64,000 nucleotides of DNA from Octopus sinensis (Eukaryota): the NCBI RefSeq assembly GCF_006345805.1, contig NC_043002.1, positions 92,504,001 through 92,568,000 of the forward strand, in the 5' to 3' direction. The translations under genes were made by a program, and so were the position numbers. Shown piece by piece: positions 37,056-49,540 of this stretch. The notes beneath the pieces were generated by a model. It was not told where the DNA came from, did no database searches, and worked only from the letters and a program-made list of their open reading frames with translations. The stretch's first letter is position 1. Every line of letters begins with the position of its first letter.

Positions 37056-37438
37056 GTGGAGGCGCAATGGCCCAGTGGTTAGGGCAGCGGACTCGCGGTC
37101 ATAGGATCGCGGTTTCGATTCCCAGACCGGGCGTTGTGAGTGTTTATTGAGCGAAAACACCTAAAGCTCCACGAGGCTCCGGCAGAGGATGGTGGTGATC
37201 CCTGCTGTACTCTTTCACCATAACTTTCTCTCACTCTTACTTCCTGTTTCTGTTGTACCTGTATTTCAAAGGGCCAGCCTTGTCATTCTCTGTGTCACGC
37301 TGAATATCCCCGAGAACTACGTTAAGGGTACACGTGTCTGTGGAGTGCTCAGTCACTTACACGTTAATTTCACGAGCATGCTGTTCCGTTGATTCGGATC
37401 AACCGGAACCCTCGTCGTCGTAACCGACGGAGTACTTC
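37056..37438 (+). mobile_element. SINE, head H1 with tail a, full length
   Basis: 12-bp TSD ATATTAGACTGT at 37043-37054 and 37445-37456. Confidence 0.93.
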
Positions 37439-37635
37439 AAGAAGATATTAGACTGTCATATAAATTCGTTCGGAATTTTTTCATTTATTCATTGCCATGT
37501 TTTTTGAATTAACACGGGAAATATTTTTATGGTAGTGTTTTATGGAGATAAAGGGTTGTAGTTCCTTTCTTCCTCCACAACTTTTGCTAATCATTATTGG
37601 AATTTGAATAAATTTTATCTCGTTCTAGATATGAT

Positions 37636-38018
37636 GGAAGCACTCCGTCGGTTACGACGACGAGGGTTCCGGTTGATCCGAATCAACGGAACAGCCTGCT
37701 CGTGAAATTAACGTCTAAGTGGCTGAGCACTCCACAGACACGTGTACCCTTAACGTAGTTCTCGGGGATATTCAGCGTGACACAGAGAGTGACAAGGCCG
37801 GCCCTTTGAAATACAGGTACAACAGAAACAAGAAGTAAGAGTGAGAGAAAGTTGTGGTGAAAGAGTACAGCAGGGATCACCACCATCCCCTGCCGGAGCC
37901 TCGTGGAGCTTTTAGGTGTTTTCGCTCAATAAACACTCACAACGCCCGGTCTGGGAATCGAAACCGCGATCCTATGACCGCGAGTCCGCTGCCCTAACCA
38001 CTGGGCCATTGTGCCTCC
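37636..38018 (-). mobile_element. SINE, head H1 with tail a, full length, inverted relative to 37056
   Basis: Near-identical reverse complement of 37056-37438; imperfect TAGATAT..GAT flanks. Confidence 0.93.
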
Positions 38019-38633
38019 CGTTTTAGATATATGATGATAAAGTGCCTTGTAGAAAAAAACCCCCAAAAAAACGAACGAATTTATCTGAGGCTCCTATGTA
38101 ACATACAATAACAACATACGAGTGAATGTGAGATGCTTTATGTGGTCAGTCGAGCTAACAGCTAAATCTCCATCAAATCACAACTTACCATCTAATAACA
38201 AAGGCTGGTTGGTACACAATAGCTGAAATAAAAAGGGGACTGTCATGGCTGGAAAGACTTTCATCATGTCTACTTAACCAACTTTATCATGACTAACTTG
38301 GGCTAAAATGAACAACAGCAACAATGTAAGTAACAGTTGTAAGAAATGTTTGTGAATTATTGATTAGTTTTCGATAAACAGAAGGTTAAATCAATCACTG
38401 TCTAAGACGTCAAGAAACATTCCATACAATCAATGCCAATAGATTACTATATCTGCAAAAGTCTTGAAGAAGAGACCAACAACAATGGAAACTGGAACAG
38501 AAATCATACAGCTAATCGATAATCTATCATTTTTCTTATCCGCATTGTTATTATTGTTGCTTAGCATCAGGTCAGTCTTGATCGAACAAATTTTTCATGA
38601 ATGGGGTTCCAGAAGTGACCATCCCGTCATTTT

Positions 38634-39069
38634 GGATCTTTTCGGTTTGAACGGCAGTTTTTTCTAGCGGTGTCATATGAAATTGTCACCCATAATTATG
38701 ACCCTAGTATCGATCTATTGCATTTCAATCTGTTTTAGGGTTAGGGTTAGTTAGGGTTAGGGGTGGGGGAAGGGTATCTTTTTTTTCTTCACAAATGTAA
38801 ATAAACCCAATCTGTTTCTTACACGAGGAACATATTCATACGGCACAGAATGTTTTTTTTTTTTACCTCAATAGACGTCGTTGATTGGTTGAAATTGCAG
38901 AAATTGAAGAAAAGAAAAACAACAAATATCTTACAAACTATAGAATTTTCTCAATAAAGCCAAGAGAAAAAGATGTTTTATAAACACATTCTGCAAGTAT
39001 ACGAAGTTTAAAATTTTTTAGTTACCCTAGAAATTATGTTAAAAACTGCCGTTCAAACCGAAAAGATCC
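38634..39069 (+). mobile_element. TTAGGG-bearing MITE copy with a 19-bp flanking duplication
   Basis: Both TIRs present; GTGACCATCCCGTCATTTT at 38615-38633 and 39070-39088. Confidence 0.93.
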
Positions 39070-39611
39070 GTGACCATCCCGTCATTTTTAGTACGTCAGT
39101 AGTAACACTCTCCAATGCATCATTCTATATTTAAGGCAGTAGAGTGCGATTTGAAGGAATATCGTTACTATTTCCAATAAGTGAAATGGCTGCGTAGAGG
39201 TTCTTTGGTTCATTTTATTTATTTATTTATTCATTTATTATTCATTTATTTATTTTGTACTAGCTTAAAAGCTGCACTCCGTGCAGACTTTTTATGCTGG
39301 CTCCTGCGGAGGGCCAATTGGGCTTGAGGCCTAAAACTAAAGTGAGCTAAATAGCATGACAAAATGAGGTTGTTTGTAAGTCACACAACAAGGAAGTAGC
39401 AGTGTCAGTAAGAGTAAACAAAAAGAGAAGAGACAAAATGGTAATAACAATGAGAGAGGGAGTGATATCAAACCGTGCCTCTCAACAAAAACCTTTTCAC
39501 TTTGTTGATGAACGCTTCCTCTCTCTTTTACTCTCACTGTCTCTCTTTCTATCTGTCTATCTATCTTCAGACACACACACATACACTCTCTATCTCTCCC
39601 TTTCTCTCTTT

Positions 39612-39689
<78 letters not shown>

Positions 39690-39860
39690 AACATTTCCAT
39701 TTTTATTCCGATGAACGCTGATTTTTTTTCTGGTCAACATTAATAACAATATATAAGATTTTTGCACCTCAAAATTTTTTTTTCTGTATCTCCATGGATG
39801 TTTGACTGTTCTGGAAGGTTTTTCCGCTTAAAAAGTTGCGAAGTTAATAGAATATATAAT

Positions 39861-40264
39861 AGGCGCAGGAGTGGCTGTGTGGTAAGTAGCTTGTTTACCA
39901 ACCACATGGTTCAGGGTTCAGTCCAACTGCGTGGCACCTTGGGTGTCTTCTACTATAGCCTCGGGCCGACCAAAGCCTTGTGAGTGGATTTGGTAGACGG
40001 AAACTGAAAGAAGCCCGTCGTATATATGTATATATATGTATGTGCGTGTATGTTTGTGTGTCTGTGTTTCTCCCCCTAGCATTGCTTGACAACCGATGCT
40101 GGTGTGTTTATGTCGCCGTCACTTAGCAGTTCGGCAAAAGAGACCGATAGACTAAGTACTGGGCTTACAAAGAATAAGTCCCGGGGTCGAGTTGCTCGAC
40201 TAAAGGCGGTGCCCCAGCATGGCCGCAGTCAAATGACTGAAACAAGTAAAAGAGTAAAAGAGAG
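39861..40264 (+). mobile_element. SINE S1, full length
   Basis: AGGCGCAGGAGTGG start through tail. Confidence 0.92.
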
Positions 40265-40592
40265 AGATAAATAAATAAATAGTAAGTCATAAAATTAAAA
40301 TATTGTTTATGAAAAGAAAGCTTGATAATATTGTCTGCTTAAAGAAAGCTAAATATAGAATGAAGGTAATTATAAATATTTACAAATACTTGCTGATACC
40401 GTGATGTTTGTAAATATTTATGAATGAGGAATTTTGCCAAGTTTGTCTTCAAGATCTTTTTCCATTTCAGGCGGTAAAGAGTGTGAGAGAGACAGAAAGA
40501 GATAGGGAACGTGTAGACGTTGCTGGAAAAAAATAATGCCTTTGTGTGTATGCCGTTAATGCAATCCTCTGTAATTTTGGACTTTGTATGGT

Positions 40593-41010
40593 TACTCTTT
40601 TACTCTTTAACTATTTTACTTGTTTCAGTCATTTGACTGCGGCCATGCTGGAGCACCGCCTTTTAATCGAGCAACTCGACCCCGGGACTTATTCTTTTTG
40701 TAAGCCCAGTACTTATTCTATCGGTCTCTTTTGCCGAACCGCTAAGTAACGGGGACATAAACACACCAGCATCGGTTGTCAAGCAATGCTAGGGTGACAA
40801 ACACAGACACACAAAGACACACACGCATATATATATACATATATACGACGGGCTTCTTTCAGTTTCCGTCTACCAAATCCACTCACAAGGCTTTGGTCGG
40901 CCCGAGGCTATAGCAGAAGACACTTGCCCAAGGTGCCACGCAGTGGGACTGAACCCGGAACCATGTGGTTGGTAAACAAGCTACTTACCACACAGCCACT
41001 CCTACGCATA
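40593..41010 (-). mobile_element. SINE S1, full length
   Basis: Reverse complement of S1; convergent with the 39861 copy. Confidence 0.92.
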
Positions 41011-41323
41011 GAAATATAAACAAACTAGCGTACACACACACAAATTTTTTGAAGTTTATGTTCCGTTGTACTAAATATACTCATCCACCTGCAATGGAGA
41101 ATGAATCAGAAGGCGGCGGTTAGCCAGAGAGAGACAAAGGCGAAGAACAGCCAGTCTTCCTCGGGAAGAACTGGACGCAAGAAGACTAAACAATACATTA
41201 AGGTTATTAAATCAATCAGAAGCAGTGAGACAGGAGAAACGAGCGCAAGACGCAAGACGCAAGGCGCAGGACGCAAGGCGCAAGACAGGCTCGAAGACGT
41301 CAAAATGAAAAGGAGTACCTAAT

Positions 41324-41990
41324 TCAGCCAACTCGCTACCTTTCTAATGATACTAATAACCCTTTCTACTAAAAGCACAAGGCCTGAAATTTAAGGGAGG
41401 GGACTAGTGGATCACATCGACCCCAGTATTTCACTGGTACCCATTTTATCGACCCCGAAAGGATAAAAAGGCAAAGTCGACCTCGGCGGAATTTGAACTC
41501 AGAACGTAGCAACGAACGAAATACCGCAATGGATTTCATCCAGCGTGCTACCGATTCTGCCAGCTCGCCACCTTTCTAATGATTATACTAATAACGAACG
41601 ATTTAACACCTATTGCTCTACCAAATTTAACATCCACTACACTCTAAGTAACAGTAGTTTCAAATTTTGGCACAAGGCCAGCAAGTTTAGGGGAGGGGTT
41701 AAGTCGATTACATCGACTCCCAGTTTTCAACTGGTACTTATTTTATCGACCCCGAAGCGATGAAAGGCAAAGTCAACCTCAGTGGAATCTCACTCTTAGT
41801 AATAACGAGAGCTTCCTATAAGGTGGCGGGTTGGCAGAATCATTAGCAGGCCTGGCAAAATGCTTAGCAGTCTTTCGTCTGTCTTTACGTTCTGAGTTCA
41901 AATTCCGCCGAGGTCGACTTTGCCTTTCATCATTTCGAGATCGATAAAATAAGTACCAGTCGAGCACTGGCGTCAAGGTAATTGACTTAA
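41324..41990. mobile_element. SINE S2 cluster (mixed orientations)
   Basis: Several GTCGACCTCGGCGGAATTTGAACTC modules on both strands. Confidence 0.8.
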
Positions 41991-42446
41991 CTTCTCGACC
42001 GAAATTATTGCCCTAGTGTCAAAATTTAAAACCAATAATCATCTTGTCCTTTTTATCTTCTCTCGATTTATAAATACCTGTTATGTACTGGGGTCCATAT
42101 AATCGATTATACACTTCCACAGACAAAAAGCTGAGACACTGCGTCGATTAATTATGGTTTCTAACATAATCAGAGCGCAAAAAATTGGGATGTAACATTA
42201 GACCGAGTAAGCGAACCGGTTTCGATATCTCATCGAAACCATTTTTCTTCGCTGGGTTCAAAAATGATATTTCGAAACGGCAGAAACACCAAAGAGTTCC
42301 AGTTACTTTCCTACTAGTTACTTAGGTTCAGAATCATTTAACTACGTTAAGGTTATATTATTGTCAACCAGTCTTAAAAATTGTTTGAGGACCTTGATAG
42401 TAGTTATGAGTGTAGCGTCATGGAAATAATGAACTTACCTCCATAA

Positions 42447-42490
<44 letters not shown>

Positions 42491-43009
42491 TATATGTGTA
42501 TGTATGTAGGCGTATATGCGAGACTGCTTAGAGAGATGAATGTGCAAATGTATATATATATATTAGCAATTGTTTCCTTTTTCAAATAAGGGTTCTTGTA
42601 GCTGTGGTTTAGTCGAAGCTGAAGCCTGATTAATCATATCTATGACCAAAGACAATCCTGCTATGACCATCTCGTTCTTTTAAGGGTAATGTAGAACTGC
42701 ATCATTAAAAATTCCTTTAGAATATTTTAAAGCTGCAGTGCATGATTAGAGAGATCTTTGACTACTAATAAATTAGGTGACCTTATAGAATCTTAATTAT
42801 CGGCCCAAGGAATATTGGAAACTAACTTCGGCAGGAGGTTACATATTTGAAGGAATGGCCGATTTTAATCCTCCTTAGTAGATAACTGGCACATTTTTTT
42901 AGCACCACCAGAATGATAAAATGGAAGGTCATCTTTGGTAGGATTTGAACTTGGTAATTAAAGATACCTACTGATTTTGTCATTCCAGCACCCTGGTGTT
43001 CTATCATGG

Positions 43010-43230
43010 TAAGGGATTCTACAATCCCTCCACCCTGATATTCTATTAATTCTACTAGTCCCCACCCTGATCTTCTAATGATTCTACAAGTCTCCAACCA
43101 AAATGTTCAACAGATTCTAATAATTACTTGCTCTGATATTCTATTTATTTTATCAACCTGCCACTCAGATATTCAACTGATTGTACCAGTTCCCACCCGG
43201 ATACTTCACAAATTCTACCCAATAACCGAC
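43010..43230. repeat. Degenerate ~33-bp minisatellite
   Basis: Recurring CCACCCTGATATTCTA..ATTCTAC unit, about 6-7 copies. Confidence 0.6.
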
Positions 43231-43660
43231 CATTGTATCTCTAATCCAATATTATGAACAGCAACGCAAAGTGTTCTGAATGGTCAATAGAAAGACTGCA
43301 TATGCGTTGAAATGTGTGCAAGTATGTGTAAATGCCTACATGTGCGCAGTTCTGTGTCTGCATCTATGTCTGTGTAAGCGTTTATGTGTCTATGCAATTG
43401 TATGTGTATGTGTGTGTGTATCTGTGTGCGTAGGTGTTCTGTGATTACTACAGTAGCTTAGCGTCTAACAACAAGAATTCATCTAGCGATGACTCAATTG
43501 TTTCTATGGTACGGCCGACATTGTAAATACGCCGATAATTTTCCAATATTCTTGTTCCGCGCAAGAAAGTTTGGTTCCAAACAGACAACAAAGTCGATAA
43601 TAGAACTAGAGAAATACAGTGATGACATATACTGTAGCACTGTGGTTAATTAACCCCTAA

Positions 43661-43993
43661 GGAAAGACTTCCTTTTGTACTCCACCGTAAATTTTTTTTT
43701 AAATAATACACATGGTGGAAAATTGATTTCGTACCGTGTCTTATAATAATTATGTATATTCATGTTCCAAGGTTAGGCAAATTTCATACAGTGAGGCAAT
43801 TTAGGCAAACTGGGACATGAATATATATAATATAGAAATGAAGTTTTTTTTATAGAAGTTTTAAATTTTTAAGACATTCTCATCAGTTATTATAAGACAT
43901 GGTAGGAAATCAATTTTCCACCATGTTTAATATTCTTTTAAAAACTTTTATGGTAGTCATGGTGGTAGGGGGGGTACAAAAGGAATTCTTTCC
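43661..43993. mobile_element. Degenerate foldback/MITE-like element
   Basis: Nested inverted blocks GGAAAGACTTCCTTTTGTAC / GTACAAAAGGAATTCTTTCC and CATGGTGGAAAATTGATTTC / GAAATCAATTTTCCACCATG. Confidence 0.65.
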
Positions 43994-44280
43994 ACCCTTC
44001 ATAAGAACAAAATACTACAAACAGTACTAGCTATGATGTGTGTTCAGACATGTGTGTGTGTAGAGAGAGAAGGGGGAGAGTCAGTAGATGAGTTCCAGAA
44101 ATGCTCGATATAGAAAACAATAGCACGCAAATGATTTGAACTTACCTTCCGAAATCTCTACCGAGGACTAAATCTGCGGAGTAAAGAGTGGCTGTAAGAG
44201 GAATGCAGGTGAGCAGATATAGAAATAGTGATGCAAATAAGCAAATAAAAACGCCAGTCTATCGCAGCGTTACTAGAGAA

Positions 44281-44472
44281 ACAGGAAGAAAGATTGAGAG
44301 AAAGTTGGGGTGAAAGAGTACAACAGGGGCGGCCACCACCTCCTGCCGGATCATCGTGGAGCTTTAGGTGTTTTCGCTCAATAAACACTCACAACGACCG
44401 GTCTGGGAATCGAAACCGCGATCCTCCGACCGCGAGTCCGCTGCCCTAACCACTGGGCCATTGCACCTCCAC
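44281..44472 (-). mobile_element. SINE head H1 (5' half)
   Basis: Ends ACCACTGGGCCATTGCACCTCCAC. Confidence 0.85.
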
Positions 44473-44519
44473 ATTTCTATTATTAATTAGGCTGTAAGCC
44501 GACAAAACCGTTATCGCGC

Positions 44520-45185
44520 TGTATTTCTAGCCGTATTTCTTCTAGATTCACTCTCTGAGTTCAAATATTGCCAAGGTCGGTGTTGCCTTCCTTCCTTTCA
44601 GAGTCAATAAAATAAATACCCATTTCTTTATTACCCACAAGGGGCTAAACATAGAAGGGACAAACAAGGACAGACATAGGTATTAAGTCGATTACATCGA
44701 CCCCAGTGCGTAACTGGTACTTAATTTATCGACCCCGAAAGGATGAAAGGTAAAGTCGACCTCGGCGGAATTTGAACTCACAACGTAACGGCAGACGAAA
44801 TACCGCTAAGCATTTCGCCCGACGTGCTAACGTTTCTGCCAGCTCACCGCCTAATAAAATAAATACCAGTTGAACACTGGGGGTCAATGTGATGAACTTA
44901 CCAATTCCGACCCCCCCCCCACACAGAAATTGCTGGCTTTGTGCCAAAATCTGAAAGCATTATTGATAAGGCGGCAAGCTGACAGAATCGTTACCACGCC
45001 GGAAAAATGCTAGCGGCATTTCTTCCAACTTTATCCTCAGAGTTCAAATTCCACCGTTTGTCTTTCATCCTTTGCGGATCGATAAAATATGCACCAGCTG
45101 AACGAACGCCGGAGATCAATGTAATCGATTTACCCCAACTCTTCCGAAATTACTGGCCTTGTGCCAAAATTTGAAACCAATGTTA
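44520..45185. mobile_element. SINE S2 cluster
   Basis: Multiple S2 modules on both strands. Confidence 0.8.
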
Positions 45186-45556
45186 CTATTTCTCTTACAA
45201 CGGCGCACATTCCAGTCACAATGCTAACTGCTAGCTAATGAACGCGCTGGAAGGGATGGGTTATATCCATATAGTCATACTAATACTTGCTAGAAATAAC
45301 AACCAAACGACCTTCCAATAACACTTTACCTTCTAAGAAAAAAAAAGAAGTACACGTTGGTCAACGTAGAGCTCAGTCTAGTATTGACCGTCTTCCATTT
45401 TTAGACATTTTTCTGTGGTTGCAGTGTAAAGGTGGCTGCTACTTCTTTTAGGTCAAGTGGCCACAGGAAAGTAACCTTGTAGATTCAAATAATACGCTTT
45501 GTGTGTGTGTTTGTGTGTGTGTGTGGACGAAGGTAAAAGCAAGAAATTTAAAAGCA

Positions 45557-45652
45557 CGGCGGTACATATTCTAAAATTGGAACGACACAGAGAAGGTTAG
45601 CATGGCCCTGCGCAAGGATGACACGCAAATTCGTGAAGCGTTCCATATTTTT
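45557..45652 (+). pseudogene. U6: U6 snRNA pseudogene (5' arm of the 5' stem-loop missing)
   Basis: CGGCGGTACATATTCTAAAATTGGAACGACACAGAGAAGGTTAGCATGGCCCTGCGCAAGGATGACACGCAAATTCGTGAAGCGTTCCATATTTTT. ACAGAGA box and AGC triad intact; several substitutions and a 1-nt deletion versus metazoan U6; no promoter seen upstream. Confidence 0.93.
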
Positions 45653-45654
45653 CT

Positions 45655-46528
45655 AGGCGTATGAGTGGCTGTGTGGTAAGTAGCTTGCTTACCAACCACA
45701 TGGCTCCCGGTTCAGTCTCACTGCGTGGCACCTTGGGCAAGTGTCTTCTACTATAGACTCGAGCCGACCAAAGCCTTGTGAGTGGATTTGGTAGACGGAA
45801 ACTGAAAGAAGCCCGTCGTATATATGTATATATATATATATGTATGTGTGTGTATATGTTTGTGTGTCTGTATTTGTCCTCTCCCCCCCCCCAACCAACA
45901 TCGCTTGACAACCGATGCTGGTTTATCTATATCCCCCGTAACTTAGCGGTTCGGCAAAAAGAGACCAATAGAATAAGTACTTGGCTTACAAAGAATAAGT
46001 CCTGGGGTCGATTTGCTCGACTAAAGGCGGGGATCTTTTCAGTTTGAACGGCAGTTTTTTCTAGCGGTGTCATATGAAATTGTCACCCATAATTATGATC
46101 CTAGTATCGATCTATTGCATTTCAATCTGTTTTAGGGTTAGGGTTAGTTAGGGTTAGGATTAGGGTTAGGGGTGGGGAGGAAGGGTATCTTTTTTTCTTC
46201 ACAAATGTAAATAAACCCATTCTGTTTCTTAAACGAGGGACATATTCATACGGCACAGAATGTTTTTTTACCTCAATAGACGTCAGTGATTGGTTGAAAT
46301 TGCAGAAATTGAAGAAAAACAACAACAAATATCTTACAAACCATAGAATTTTCTCAATAAAGCCAAGAGAAAAAGATGTTTTATAAACACATTCTATCAG
46401 TATACGAAGTTTAAAATTTTTTAGTTACCTAGAAATTATGTTAAAAACTGCCGTTCAAACCGAAAAGATCCAAAGGCGGTGCTCTAGCATGACCGCAGTC
46501 AAATGACTGAAACAAGTAAAAGAGTAAA
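45655..46528 (+). mobile_element. SINE S1 directly fused to the U6 3' end and interrupted by a MITE
   Basis: AGGCGTATGAGTGGCTGTGTGG starts 2 nt after the U6 T5; the S1 tail resumes after the MITE at 46472. Confidence 0.92.
46031..46471 (+). mobile_element. TTAGGG-bearing MITE inserted in SINE S1
   Basis: 8-bp TSD AAAGGCGG at 46023-46030 and 46472-46479, confirmed by the uninterrupted S1 consensus CTAAAGGCGGTGCT. Confidence 0.95.
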
Positions 46529-47499
46529 GGAATATTCACTGAAAGAAGTTTTGATATCCTGGAAATGTATTAGAAAGCAAAGAGCATTAATGCTGTCGTT
46601 TCCATATTTACAGTATCGTGGGAGGCATACTTTAGTAGTCTGATACTTAACACTAACTTTATAGAATTCTGTTTGTCCTTTTCGTTCCTTTATTTTCTTT
46701 CTTTATTTGTTTTTTTGTTTCAATTCTAAACGAAAAGTTTCATGATTTTTGCGTTTTCTTTTTCTTTTTTTTTTTTTTGTTTCTTAAAAATTCAAATTAC
46801 ACATCGGTGTTTATGTTTGTATATGAACGCATTTTTTGTTTGTATGTATGTATCCTTTATGCATACGATAATGTGCCTGAAGCCATCTACCATCTGTGTT
46901 CAGTTTGACTGTCCTACATAATCTGCGACAACACATATCAACCCTTTTAAGTGAATAAACTACTGAGAGGAACTGGCAGCGCCTACAATGTACTTCGTAC
47001 CATTCCTATTCTCAAAAAAAAAAAAAAAAACCCTGTCGCCAAGGAGTTAAACGTCGATGATGTAACTTAAACGAAATAAAAGAAGAAATATGTTTGACCT
47101 AGCTTATTAAATTTACTGTTAGATGTCAACACAGATTTTTTTACATTAGTTTTGCTTTCTTTTGTTGTATTGCTTTTTTTTTTTTTTTTTGCTTTCTTCT
47201 AAGAACAAATATTTTGGTACAAATTCCTTCTTTCGTCTAGGTTAGCAGTTCGAAACCTATTACCATTACAACTCCTTTTGGCAAATCAATAATTCTCCGC
47301 GAACCTTTTTTAAAATATTTAGATAAGCAACTTTTAAAATGTTTACAAAATTGCATATCTTCCTTCTTGAAATATCCCCTCACATTTATTTCTCTTGTTT
47401 CATGCTATTATAATCCAGTGTGTGTATTAAAGCATTGGGAATGCTCTCGATTCTTTGTATTATTCTTGTCATCACCTTTCCAGACAAAAGGTAGTGATC

Positions 47500-47610
47500 G
47501 ACATCACACTTTAGTGAGCTCACAACTACTGATGTTCATCAAGGAAGAGAAGCCTTCTTCACAAAAGGGTCGTTTTGAATTACCCGTAAATGGATGGACC
47601 AATAAAATTG
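47500..47610 (-). mobile_element. Possible hAT transposase C-terminal remnant
   Basis: PFCEEGFSSLMNI resembles the hAT dimerisation-domain motif (CExGFSxL); short, so weak. Confidence 0.3.
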
Positions 47611-47645
47611 ACCATTCGAAAATTTTAAATAATTTTTCAGAATTT

Positions 47646-48002
47646 GGATCTTTTCGGTTTGAACGGCAGTTTTTTAACATAATTTCCACGTAACTAAACA
47701 CTTTTAAACTTCGTATACTGGTAGAATGTGTTTATAAAACATCTTTTTCTCTTGCCTTTATTGAGAAAATTCTATAGTTTGTAAGATATTTGTTGTTTTT
47801 TTCTTCAATTTCTGCAATTTCAACCAATCACTGACGTCTATTGAGGTAAAATAAAAACATTCTGTGCTGTATGAATATGTCCCTCGTTTAAGAAACAGAA
47901 TGGGTTTATTTACATTTGTGAAGAAAAAAAGATACCCTTCCCCCATCCCTAACCCTAACCCTAACTAACCCTAACCCCAAAACAGATTGAACGTGCCGTT
48001 CA
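47646..48002 (-). mobile_element. TTAGGG-bearing MITE copy, internally deleted and truncated at one end
   Basis: One full TIR at 47646; (CCCTAA)n at ~47947-47977; only the TGCCGTTCA remnant of the second TIR. Confidence 0.88.
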
Positions 48003-48694
48003 GTGTAACCCCTCAGCGACGGACAATGCAGTTTTTGCGGAACATAAACATCGCCGAAATGAAATATAACAAAAGAAATAACAACAACAACAACAACAGC
48101 CAAAAAAAAATACATCTGAAACCTTATACAGAAATATAGACATCTGCGTATTATGCATTGTAATTGTATTCTGAGTATGTATTATATATATATGTGCATT
48201 ATGGTGTGTGTGTGTGGGGGGAGCTCGTGTACGTCCCGAAAGAAGCTAAGAAATGTGCAAATAATTTTTGCTATTAAATAATACTTAACAAGCTAAGCTC
48301 CTTCACCACACGCAGGCATATTTCTGACGGCGGGCGTTTATTTTCTATCACTGAGGGTGCGTAAATTTTCCGGATATTTCCGCTGCTAAACGTAAAGATG
48401 CGATCGTTAACAGACAGGCAAGTCTTTTTTTTATCCTTTATCATGTATTTGTTTCAGTCACTGGACTGCGGCCATGCTGGGGCAGCGCCTTGAAGGGTTT
48501 TAGATGAACAAATCTACACCGGTACTTTTTATTTTTTTTTTCTTAATCTGGCACTTATTCAATAGGTCTCTTTTGCTGAACCAGGGATGTAAACAAACCA
48601 GCACCAGCTGTCAAGCGTTGGACGTGAATAATCACAGAGATACGCACTCACACACACACGCACATTCATATGTATATGTGTATGTGTATTGTGC

Positions 48695-48734
<40 letters not shown>

Positions 48735-49540
48735 ATACATACATACATACATACATACATACATACATACAATTATACATATATACATACATACATACAT
48801 AGCAGCGTGCGTACACCCTTGTGCTCACCTTATCGTAGATATGTATCTAAATTTTGTACGACTCTTACTTTATCTTTTATTCCCCCTCTCATTTTTCTTC
48901 CTTTCTCTCTCTCCCCCTCTCACATTTCTTGGCCCTCTCTTCCTTTAACTCCCACTATTTCCCACTCGTTTATCTCCCCTATGCCTTTCCCTTTGTTTCT
49001 GATTTTTTTAAATCCTCCAATCCCACTGTCCGCTACCCATCTGTCCTCCTTCCACGTGACTGGTGTCCGGTTAACCATGATCTTTCTCTCTTGGCCTGAT
49101 TGCCGACCGTCAACACGTCTTGTGTCCCTCTCCCATGTTCCTGCCTTTAGGCTTATACTTCAGACACGCCAGGTCAATTTTAGTCATTCTCAGTCGAAAG
49201 ACGCCTGTTGTTATTTCTTATAGTTGTATTCATAATTGTGTACCATGTTCTCCGTTTTTTCGTTTGGCTGTTTTTTTTTGTCTTTGTTGCCGTACACATT
49301 CGCTAGCTTTCTTACAAAGGAGTCTAATGCTCCTAGCTTTGACTTTTCGGAGGACAACCAGATCGAACCATCTCAAGTGTAACTGACCGAAATGGTCATG
49401 ACTTCTGGTACTTAAATGATGAAAGAAAGCTAAGAATGACCTTCTTTTTTGCCTAATTATTGTTTCTCTTGTCCACTTTTGAGTCGTCTATCTGTCTGAA
49501 CGTTTTAATGCCCTCTATTGCGTTTTTGTTCCATTTATAT

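Noticed and set aside
41101-41322. Basic 73-aa ORF with GCAAGAC heptamer repeats
   Set aside because: Only vague resemblance to a retrotransposon integrase tail; unsupported.
43875-43895. Minus-strand CTGATGA inside the foldback element
   Set aside because: No downstream stem II/GAAA/UH arrangement.
45557-45652. Functional U6 gene
   Set aside because: 5' stem-loop arm missing, several substitutions and a deletion, and no upstream PSE/TATA arrangement; called a pseudogene.
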